A stretch of DNA of 64,000 nt from contig CAYVMN010000001.1 of assembly GCA_964452575.1 (NCBI GenBank), positions 3,925 through 67,924 of the forward strand. The letters run 5' to 3'. Below, in pieces: positions 29,356 to 36,932 of the stretch. Position numbers and translations under genes: made by a program. This DNA is from an uncultured Desulfobacteraceae bacterium. Its GTDB lineage: Bacteria; Desulfobacterota; DSM-4660; Desulfatiglandales; Desulfatiglandaceae. Position 1 is the first letter of the stretch; every line of letters begins with the position of its first letter. Below the pieces are notes generated by a model. It saw nothing but the letters and a program-made list of their open reading frames with translations. It had not been told where the DNA came from and did no database searches.

Positions 29356-30633
29356 TCAATGGCAGGCCTCCATGATCAACGATGCGCATGGGCCTTCGTG
29401 GCTCCGGCTGTTTATCAAGACCCGCCCCACGTTCTTGCTGAACCCCTTGCCCCGAACCACATGGAAACGGATACGGCGCTCCAAGGGGTCGGCGTTCAAC
29501 GTGCCGGGGATCACGCCATGGTGAATCATTTGAACCGCCAAGACGGCGTCCACTGCCGATGAACCTGCCAACAGATGCCCCAGAGCGCCTTTGGAAGAGA
29601 AAACCACCATTTTTTCAAGGCAACTGGAAAAGACACGATGAATGGCCTCGATTTCATTGCCATCCCCTTCAGCGGTTCCGTCTCCATGGGCCATGATAAG
29701 ATCAATATCCCCAGGCTCAATTCCGGCCGTCCTTATGGCTCCATTCATGGCCCTTGCCATGGCCTTTGTCGTGGGGGTGGGCTTTTGCCCTTCCCTTTCA
29801 CATGCCGACCCATAGCCCGACACCTTGGCGACAAATGGCACGCCACGCCGGAGAGCGGAAGCGCGGGATTCCAGGACCAGGGCGCCACATCCTTCTCCCA
29901 GCAATGCCCCTTTTCTGCGCTCTGAAAAAGGCCTGCATGCCATCCTGTGAACCGGCTCATCGGTATTCAGGATTTTGGCCAATTGGCCTCGGGCCAGGCT
30001 CAATGGCGATATCTTTTCACTGACACCCCCCACAAGAACTACATCTGCCTTCTGGTCCTGGATGGTTCTTGCGCCTTCTGCCATGGCCTGGGCGCCGGCA
30101 TCGGCATGTGGGGAGAAGACCCCATTTTCTCCACCAATGCCCAGATCGATGGCCACTTGGCAGAACGAGACATTGTTGAGCATGGAAAACGGCCACAGGG
30201 GATATATTTCTCTGTATCCCTCCTCGAAGAACCTTTCATAATCCACCATTCCGCCAGGATCCCTTGATTTCATGACAGCGGGCAGAAGGTCGGCAATCTC
30301 ATAATCCACCATTCCCATGCCCACGAAAAACCCTATCCCATCCCTGGGAACGGATGCCCGGTTCAGCCCTGATTCCACGAAGGCGTCCTTGCTGCATTTC
30401 ATCAACATACGGGAATGAATGCCCATCATTCGCGCATCCCTGGGATGAATCCTCGAATGGGAAGGGTCAAATGGACATACCTGGGCCCCCACCTGGCAAT
30501 CAAGGCCCTGCGTTTCGAACCCAACAATGGGACGGATGCCCTGCCTTCCCGACAGAAGGGCCTGAAAGGTTTCCTGAGGGGTGGTGCCAAGGGAGCACAC
30601 CAGCCCCGTTCCGGTAATGACGGCGCTTTCCAT
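29356..30633 (-). CDS. ketosynthase-family protein lacking the active-site Cys (chain-length-factor-like partner)
   Basis: The ORF track starts at GTG 30681, which overlaps the upstream TGA. ATG 30633 (MESAVITGTG) has an AAGAAGG upstream. The active-site region reads SPHADAGAQAMAEG, where FabF has STACASGNHAIGEA; by-eye alignment gives Cys->Ala. HGDGTAEGD and GHLLAGSSA are retained. Confidence 0.8.
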   Translation of the reverse strand: MESAVITGTGLVCSLGTTPQETFQALLSGRQGIRPIVGFETQGLDCQVGAQVCPFDPSHSRIHPRDARMMGIHSRMLMKCSKDAFVESGLNRASVPRDGIGFFVGMGMVDYEIADLLPAVMKSRDPGGMVDYERFFEEGYREIYPLWPFSMLNNVSFCQVAIDLGIGGENGVFSPHADAGAQAMAEGARTIQDQKADVVLVGGVSEKISPLSLARGQLAKILNTDEPVHRMACRPFSERRKGALLGEGCGALVLESRASALRRGVPFVAKVSGYGSACEREGQKPTPTTKAMARAMNGAIRTAGIEPGDIDLIMAHGDGTAEGDGNEIEAIHRVFSSCLEKMVVFSSKGALGHLLAGSSAVDAVLAVQMIHHGVIPGTLNADPLERRIRFHVVRGKGFSKNVGRVLINSRSHEGPCASLIMEACH

Positions 30634-30677
30634 GGTGAATATGCCTTCTTTATGGCGTTGGCCCAATCCCCTGGATC

Positions 30678-31970
30678 TCACAGGGGTTTACCAATACAGA
30701 GGCATGTATTTTGTCCTCCGAAGGCAAAGGAATTGGAGATGGCAACCGAATGAGGATGCCGAATGGCCAGGTTGGGTACATACCACAGGTCACATTTGGG
30801 ATCAGGGAATTCTTGATTGACGGTCGGCAAGATAACGGAACGGTTCATCCCCATGAGCGTAAGGATGAGCTCTATGGGACCTGCTGCCGCAATGCTATGG
30901 CCCAGCATGGACTTGTTGGAGCTGATCGGTATTTCATAGGCCCTTGGGCCGAAGACTTCCTTTATGGCCCTGGTTTCGCATAGATCGTTTTTCGGGGTTG
31001 ATGTCCCATGAGCATTGATATAATCAATATCTTCCGTGGAAAGACGCGCATCGGCAATGGCCTTTCCCATGGCCAGCACAGCGCCTTTCCCCTGGGGATG
31101 GGTATCGGTAATGCGATAGGCATCTGCAGAGACGCCATATCCCAGGATCTCTCCTTGTATGGGGGCGTTTCTCCGTTGGGCATGGTGATAGTCCTCCAGA
31201 ATCAAGGCTGCCGCCCCTTCGGACAAGACAAAGCCATTTCTTTTTCGATCGAATGGCCTTGATGCCTTCTGGGGCGTCACATACCGTTCGGCCAAGGCGC
31301 CCAGCAGAAGAAACCCCATAAGACCTGTAAGGGTCAATGTCGCCTCACAGCCTCCGGCGATCATCACGTCATTCTTGCCGTCTTGAATGATCCGGAAGGC
31401 CTCCCCCACGGCCTGGCTGCCGGCGGCACATGCCGATGCAATGGAGAGATTTGATCCCTTGCATTCGAAAAGCATGGAAAGGATGGAAGATGCCATATCC
31501 GGTTTTCTGCGGTAAAAATTGAAGAAGTTGTATCCTCCTTCATTCATGAGCCCCTGAAGATCCCAATTCTCCTTTCCATCGTAAAATCCGTGCAGAAAGG
31601 CGATATCTTCCAAAGAGGGGTTTTCGCCATAAGACCCAAGAGAAACCCCGATTCGATCACGGGCAGAAACCTCATGGAGTCTGGCCTGCAAAACGGCTTC
31701 CTTTGTAGCAATGCTCATCAACCTGAGGCCTCTGGAAGAGAATTTGAGGAGACTTTTTTTGTCTTCGTATGCGATGTCTTCGATCCAATGGTCGTTGATC
31801 TGACCGGCGATCTGGCACGGAAGGCCCTCCACATTAAATGCCTTGATGTAGTCTATTCCGGATTCCCCTTGCTTACAGTGATCAAAGGTCTCTTCGGCAT
31901 TCCTGCCCAAGGGCGTGAGCATGCCGTACCCCGTAATCACCACCCGACGCCTTGAAGCTTTTTTCCACAT
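30678..31970 (-). CDS. beta-ketoacyl synthase (canonical Cys-His-His), partner of the CLF-like gene
   Basis: 430 aa with RRVVITGYGMLTPLG, ASACAAGSQAVGEA, HGTSTPKND and GHSIAAAG. Confidence 0.9.
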   Translation of the reverse strand: MWKKASRRRVVITGYGMLTPLGRNAEETFDHCKQGESGIDYIKAFNVEGLPCQIAGQINDHWIEDIAYEDKKSLLKFSSRGLRLMSIATKEAVLQARLHEVSARDRIGVSLGSYGENPSLEDIAFLHGFYDGKENWDLQGLMNEGGYNFFNFYRRKPDMASSILSMLFECKGSNLSIASACAAGSQAVGEAFRIIQDGKNDVMIAGGCEATLTLTGLMGFLLLGALAERYVTPQKASRPFDRKRNGFVLSEGAAALILEDYHHAQRRNAPIQGEILGYGVSADAYRITDTHPQGKGAVLAMGKAIADARLSTEDIDYINAHGTSTPKNDLCETRAIKEVFGPRAYEIPISSNKSMLGHSIAAAGPIELILTLMGMNRSVILPTVNQEFPDPKCDLWYVPNLAIRHPHSVAISNSFAFGGQNTCLCIGKPL

Positions 31971-31991
31971 CTCTTTTCGGCTTCTTGAATA

Positions 31992-32555
31992 TCAAAATAT
32001 CCTGTTTTCCTCCTGGGCCTGCTTCAACCAGTCCGTGATGAGGTCGTCTCCGTTTTTATATACGGCATTCTTGCCGCAGGAACCACACAGGACATGGGTT
32101 CCGTCATCACTTTTCCATTCGGAACTGCCGCACGCAGGGCATTTTTCCGGCAGGGTGTTGAGAATATCCATGACGGCCTTTGCCATAGACTCCACAGTGA
32201 TGATATTCACCACCTCATCCATGTCCATTCCAGGCCTTAAGTCCGGCTGATTCCCTCCAAAACGCAAGGTCAGCAGCGCCACGGCCTTATCCGTCAACCG
32301 GCCATATTCGTCAATGGAAGCCCCTTCGCCAAACATCTCCTCTGCATGTTCCAGGACAAAGTGGCGGGCCATCTTGAAACCAAAGGTCTGTTCCAAATTA
32401 TAGCTAATATCGAGGAAATCCAGGGATTCCGCATTGAGATCCCGTGTCAATACACTCTCAGGCCGAATGGAGGCCTCATCAACCCCAAGGGCCTTTGAAA
32501 CAGCGCTCTTCACCTCAGAAAATACCTTTTCCTTTCTAATAATGCCTTCCCCCAT
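31992..32555 (-). CDS. acyl-carrier-protein-like domain fused to a C-terminal CxxC...CxxC zinc-ribbon
   Basis: 187 aa. The N-terminal ~80 aa read ...ALGVDEASIRPESVLTRDLNAESLDFLDISYNLEQTFG, an ACP helix II pattern with ESL in place of DSL. The C-terminus is CPACGSSEWKSDDGTHVLCGSCGKN. Confidence 0.7.
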   Translation of the reverse strand: MGEGIIRKEKVFSEVKSAVSKALGVDEASIRPESVLTRDLNAESLDFLDISYNLEQTFGFKMARHFVLEHAEEMFGEGASIDEYGRLTDKAVALLTLRFGGNQPDLRPGMDMDEVVNIITVESMAKAVMDILNTLPEKCPACGSSEWKSDDGTHVLCGSCGKNAVYKNGDDLITDWLKQAQEENRIF

Positions 32556-32578
32556 ACATCCTCCAAATGTAATAACCC

Positions 32579-33379
32579 TTATTCAGCAATCGAACAAAAC
32601 AGGCTGTTGCTCAGGCCTCTATCCGCCACCAGAGTCTGGCCACAAACCCCTCTACTGCCAGGTCCGCACAAAAACATGACCACATCTGCGATCTCATCGG
32701 GATCCATAAACAGGTGCTCCGGCAGGTGTTCAATGCCTTCCCAGTATAGTCTCATGGTCTTGAAAGAGTCGGTTTTCACCAGACCCCCGCAGACGCCATT
32801 TACCGCAATCCCTTTTTCTCTCAGGCCCTGAGAACAGTCACGAACCACGGATTCCATGGCCGCCTTCATGCTTCCCAATGGATAAGAGGGGTTGTAGAAT
32901 CGGCTGCCAAGACTGGAAATGAAGACAATCTTCCCCTCGGTTTTCTCCAGCAACGGTAGCGCATACTGAATACAAAAAATATTCCCCAAATAATTTGTGT
33001 TCACCAGTTCTCGCAGTTCCCGTTCAAAAAGCCTTTCAATGGGTTTGAATGGGGCCCTGGCGGCATTCAGTATGAGGAAATCGAGACGTCCGAAATGCCT
33101 TTCAGCCTCTGCCATCATTTGGACCACGGAGCTTTTCATGGAGATATCGCATTGGACCAAAACAGCCTGGCTCCCCCCCTGTCGGATCTCCTCACACAGC
33201 TCTTCTCCTTGGGCCTGAGACGATCCGCCCACCTTTCTGTGGGTGATGATCACATGGGCCCCCAAAAGGGCAAATTTCCGCGCAATCGAACGGCCGATCC
33301 CTCGGGAACTGCCTGTGATCAGGGCCACTCTGTTTTCGAAAGGGCGATCTTCCATTCCCTTTTCCACCGAAAATCCCAC
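32579..33379 (-). CDS. SDR-family reductase, FabL-like (candidate enoyl-ACP reductase)
   Basis: 266 aa with ITGSSRGIGRSIA. SSLGSRFYNPSYPLGSMKAAMESV resembles B. subtilis FabL [25 protein letters not shown] (recalled from memory). It is the first gene of the minus-strand operon. Confidence 0.65.
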   Translation of the reverse strand: MGFSVEKGMEDRPFENRVALITGSSRGIGRSIARKFALLGAHVIITHRKVGGSSQAQGEELCEEIRQGGSQAVLVQCDISMKSSVVQMMAEAERHFGRLDFLILNAARAPFKPIERLFERELRELVNTNYLGNIFCIQYALPLLEKTEGKIVFISSLGSRFYNPSYPLGSMKAAMESVVRDCSQGLREKGIAVNGVCGGLVKTDSFKTMRLYWEGIEHLPEHLFMDPDEIADVVMFLCGPGSRGVCGQTLVADRGLSNSLFCSIAE

Positions 33380-33400
33380 TCCAGCATCGATTTTATTGGG

Positions 33401-33802
33401 CTAATTAATTAGATTATTTTGGGTGATAATTCTATCGGAATCGGAAATCCAACTCAAAATTATAAAGCCATGGTGCTGTGGGGTCAATCCCTTCTTTATG
33501 GAGTTTTTCAGGGAGATTTTATCCTTTATGCTGTGAACTCCGCGTTCGATGTTCATGGGGCTGTGCACCATGTCATAGTGCGGGGAGTGGAGGGCCTGGA
33601 GAGGGCTTCTTCAGATGAAAGTGGGAATGGTGGTGTCGTCTTTGAGGGCCTGAGACATTCCGTCAATAAGCATGTCGGTTATTCCACTCAGGGCCGAGAC
33701 CACCACGATATGTCCTCGGCCCCGTTCAGCGACCAGGTCAATAATCTCCCTGATGTTCCTCTTCCCCTTCAGAGAACCGCCGCCAATTTTGATAACCTTC
33801 AT
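33401..33802 (-). pseudogene. aspartate kinase / amino-acid-kinase-family N-terminal fragment
   Basis: The 63-aa ORF MKVIKIGGGSLKGKRNIREIIDLVAERGRGHIVVVSALSGITDMLIDG... shows the aspartokinase N-terminal pattern (K-x-GG-x-S ... VVSA-x-x-G-x-TD-x-L). An in-frame TGA at 33611-33613 is followed by ~70 further in-frame codons and then TAG at 33401. The total is about one third of a normal aspartokinase. Confidence 0.45.
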
Positions 33803-34194
33803 CTTTTTGCCTCCTTATTGGGAAATTTGGCGTCATTATGCCAGAACCCTGAACAATTTGCAAGGCCTTGGGCTTTAAACCTTCTGCAAATCAGGCCATT
33901 CAGCCATCTGATAGCTTAATTGCACCGTGCCATACTCCACAATTAGGCCCCGAGATCTGAAAGTCCAAGGAGATGTCTATCCTCCGGCCAGCGCTTGAAG
34001 GGATACCCTCACAGGGAACCAGAAGGACGTTGTTGAGATTCTTATCATTGGATTCTTGGCGCATGAAGTTATGCTATTGATCGCATCAGAAGTATCGTCT
34101 ATATTGTCGACTCGCATGCAAGATAGTTCCATGGGGAAAGGGAAAAGACCAAGGGCCGAAAAAAGGCCGCTGAGATAAAGGAGGAAAATAAGGC

Positions 34195-35475
34195 ATGTTC
34201 AAGGCAATGGCTGAGCAATTGAAACTGCCAAAGATGAGAATGGTGGAACAGATTTATGATGTGCCGCCCCCGGTTGACGTGACGGCCGAGGTGGATCGCG
34301 AGTGGGGCCTCGTTAAGGACAACCTGAATCTGCCTTCAGGATCCAGCGTTGCTGTGGGCGTGGGTAGCCGTGGGATCTCGAACCTGGCCGAGACGGTCCG
34401 GGCCGTGGTGGGAAAGCTAAGAGAGGCCGGGTATGAACCGTTTATTACGCCGGCCATGGGTTCCCATGGCGGGGCAACGGCTGAAGGTCAAATCAGTGTT
34501 CTCAGCCATCGTGGGGTGACCGAGAAGTCTGTCGGGGCACCCATAAGGGCGACCATGGACGTTGTCTCCCTGGGAGAAGTGGACGGCATCCCGCTCTTCA
34601 TAGATCGCCTGGCCTGGGAGGCAGACGGGATCGTACCCATCAATCGCATCAAGCCCCACACCAACTTTGTTGGACCTTGGGAAAGCGGCGTCCTCAAGAT
34701 GATGGCCATAGGCCTAGGCAATCAGGTGGGCGCCGAACACTACCATCGTCTTGCACTGATTAAGGATCAGTACACCATTATCATATCGGCAGGCCGTGAA
34801 CTGCTCAAGCGCTGCAAGGTCCTCTTTGGCGTAGGAATGGTGGAAAATCAGGAACATCAGACAGTCGCTGTCAGGATGGCAAGGTCTAAAGAGTGGGAAT
34901 CACTGGAGACCGAGTTGCTGAAATGGGCCCGCGCACTGGTTCCCACACTGCCTTTGAACGAGATCGACCTGTTGATTATTGATGAGATGGGCAAGGAGAT
35001 CAGCGGTGAGGGGATCGATCCAAATGTGGTGGGTCGTGACTGCCTTTCCTACGGGGCCAAGAGGGAATTGCCCAAGGTCACCCGAATCTTCGTTCGCGAC
35101 CTGACCGAGGCAACCGATGGGAGTGCCGTGGGCATCGGCCAGGCCGACTTTACTACCAAGCGGCTCGTAGATAAGATTGACTTTGTAGCCACAGCCATCA
35201 ACTGTCTCACCGCCTGTGGGCCGGAGGGCGCCTTTTTGCCCATGACATTTGAGACCGACAAGGAGGCCCTTGCTGTGGCCATGATGACTCTCAGGCCCTG
35301 CACCCTGGAGGACGTGCGCATAGTCCATATCCGGAACACCCTGGATCCCAAGCGGCTGCTAATCTCTGAAGGGTGCCTTCCTTTTCTGAAGGATCCCAAG
35401 AACTTGAAAGTAGGTGGGGAAGACCTGTACCTGGAATTCGATAAAGCAGGGAACATAATTTCTCGTTTGATGTAA
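34195..35475 (+). CDS. LarA-N-terminal-like (DUF2088-type) protein, function uncertain
   Basis: 426 aa with a strong RBS (AAGGAGGAAAATAAGGC ATG). VAVGVGSRGISNLAETVRAVVGKLREAGYEPFITPAMGSHGGATAEGQ matches, from memory, the conserved core of lactate-racemase-domain proteins. Confidence 0.55.
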   Translation: MFKAMAEQLKLPKMRMVEQIYDVPPPVDVTAEVDREWGLVKDNLNLPSGSSVAVGVGSRGISNLAETVRAVVGKLREAGYEPFITPAMGSHGGATAEGQISVLSHRGVTEKSVGAPIRATMDVVSLGEVDGIPLFIDRLAWEADGIVPINRIKPHTNFVGPWESGVLKMMAIGLGNQVGAEHYHRLALIKDQYTIIISAGRELLKRCKVLFGVGMVENQEHQTVAVRMARSKEWESLETELLKWARALVPTLPLNEIDLLIIDEMGKEISGEGIDPNVVGRDCLSYGAKRELPKVTRIFVRDLTEATDGSAVGIGQADFTTKRLVDKIDFVATAINCLTACGPEGAFLPMTFETDKEALAVAMMTLRPCTLEDVRIVHIRNTLDPKRLLISEGCLPFLKDPKNLKVGGEDLYLEFDKAGNIISRLM

Positions 35476-35600
35476 GCTCGACCTCATATCCGATGAGGGA
35501 ATTTGTCGTTATCTTGGGTCGGGAACTACCCATTGGATACCAGTCTCAGATTCCGATATGATGAATGAAGGAATTTAAATAATGAACCCTTATTAGGTGA

Positions 35601-36632
35601 ATGGTAAAACGACCCATGAGCACAGAAGTAATTATTCTGATATTTGAGGCAATGGTTGTGTATTTTCTGGTCCTTGGGGCTCACTCCTTGCGCCACCGCT
35701 TCGGGCCTGTGCATTTTTATGCATTGATCGGAGGAATCACGGCTATTATGTCATGGGTAACCGATGCAGGAGTAACAATTGAGTTTGCTGGAATTACTTT
35801 TGTCGTCGGTTCAACCGTATTTTATACTTCTCTGTTGTTGGGGGTATTTGTCATATATGTATTTGACGGCCCAAAAGCCACGAGAATCGCAATCTCAACC
35901 GTAGTCGGTGTTTCAGTCATGGTCCCGATTATAGCCGTGGCCTTACACTTTCAGGCGGAAATAATTGGAAACGTCAATGTTGCTTATGTCCCTGTGCCCA
36001 GTCTTCGAATCAATACAGCATCGGTAGCTACAACCCTTATTGACCTGGTCTTTCTGGCTATTGCCTGGGAGTATCTTGGAAAACCGAACCTAAATTTACA
36101 GCTTTGGCTCCGAGCATTTTTGACCCTGTTAGGAGTGATGTGGCTGGATGTGATTCTTTTCGCAACCGGCGCCTTTGCAGGAACCCCCGCTTACCTAAGC
36201 ATTATGAAAGGCACTCTTATCAGCCGCTTTATAATCTCAGTTTTCGCCCTACCCTTTTTGTTTGGTTATCTGCACTGGCAAAGCAACAAGAAAGGAATTG
36301 AAATTGAGAATCGCCCTGTTTTGGCAATCTTGAGGCAGGTAGCCAAAATCGAGCTCGAACTTTCGCATGCACAACGGGAGATAGAGAGACGCGAGGAGGC
36401 AGAAAAGGAGCGCGACAAGCTTATTCAACAACTAAAGAAAACCCTCTCGGAGATCAAAACATTACGGGGTTTTTTGCCCATATGTGCCAGCTGTAAAAAG
36501 ATTCGTGACGACAGCGGATATTGGACCCAAATTGAGTCCTACATTCGAGATCATTCAGATGCGGAATTCAGCCACAGTATTTGTCCTGAATGTGCTAAAA
36601 GGCTTTACCCGGACCTTAATATCCCTAAATGA
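35601..36632 (+). CDS. membrane sensor-like protein: ~7 TM segments, coiled coil, C-terminal Cys4 (CxxC-x29-CxxC) module
   Basis: 343 aa. Residues 1-245 are hydrophobic. They are followed by the charged helix ELSHAQREIERREEAEKERDKLIQQLKK, then LPICASCKKIRDDSGYWTQIESYIRDHSDAEFSHSICPECAKRLYPD. Confidence 0.7.
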   Translation: MVKRPMSTEVIILIFEAMVVYFLVLGAHSLRHRFGPVHFYALIGGITAIMSWVTDAGVTIEFAGITFVVGSTVFYTSLLLGVFVIYVFDGPKATRIAISTVVGVSVMVPIIAVALHFQAEIIGNVNVAYVPVPSLRINTASVATTLIDLVFLAIAWEYLGKPNLNLQLWLRAFLTLLGVMWLDVILFATGAFAGTPAYLSIMKGTLISRFIISVFALPFLFGYLHWQSNKKGIEIENRPVLAILRQVAKIELELSHAQREIERREEAEKERDKLIQQLKKTLSEIKTLRGFLPICASCKKIRDDSGYWTQIESYIRDHSDAEFSHSICPECAKRLYPDLNIPK

Positions 36633-36716
36633 CCAATCCGGCTATCCATGCGCACCAAACTGCCGAGGCATGCTTCACGTGAGCCGGGGATATATTGCCC
36701 TATAGCTATGTAGTGA

Positions 36717-36923
36717 AGAAGAGCGGATTCGCTTGATGAAACCTGCCCGGCCGTGAGCATGGTGCGTGACCACGACAATTTTTTAGACCCAGGTGAAAAC
36801 ATCACATGTACGGCCACATATGCGGTTCAAGCGCCAGATGTAGCAGCGGCGTTTTTCACGAACACGGCTCCTGCCACGGCAGGAGGGGTCACCTCAAACA
36901 CAGATAGTAAGACCGTAAGTTGA
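36717..36923 (+). pseudogene. orphan fragment of a surface-protein repeat domain (DUF11/DUF7507-like, from memory)
   Basis: A short open frame, below the ORF-track cutoff, reads ...VRDHDNFLDPGENITCTATYAVQAPDVAAAFFTNTAPATAGGVTSNTDSKTVS*. The pattern L-x-PGE-x-I-T-C-T-A-x-Y-x-V-x-Q-x-D-V ... N-T-A-x-A is typical of those repeats. There is no signal peptide and no upstream remainder. Confidence 0.3.
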
Positions 36924-36932
36924 CAGGCCGAT

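Noticed and set aside
24919-33379. Aryl-polyene (APE) or ladderane-type biosynthetic cluster
   Set aside because: The KS/CLF-like pair, the MRFLxxDRI-type dehydratases and the LpxL-family acyltransferase recall APE clusters. However, I saw no ammonia-lyase, AMP-ligase, thioesterase, LolA-like or MMPL genes, and a FabL-like enoyl reductase argues against a polyene. Nothing in the sequence specifically supports ladderane chemistry. I kept only the generic dedicated FAS/PKS-like interpretation.
33611-33613. In-frame TGA in the aspartokinase fragment read as selenocysteine or programmed read-through
   Set aside because: No SECIS-like hairpin is evident downstream. Even the read-through product is only about one third of an aspartokinase. 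A decay remnant is the simpler reading.
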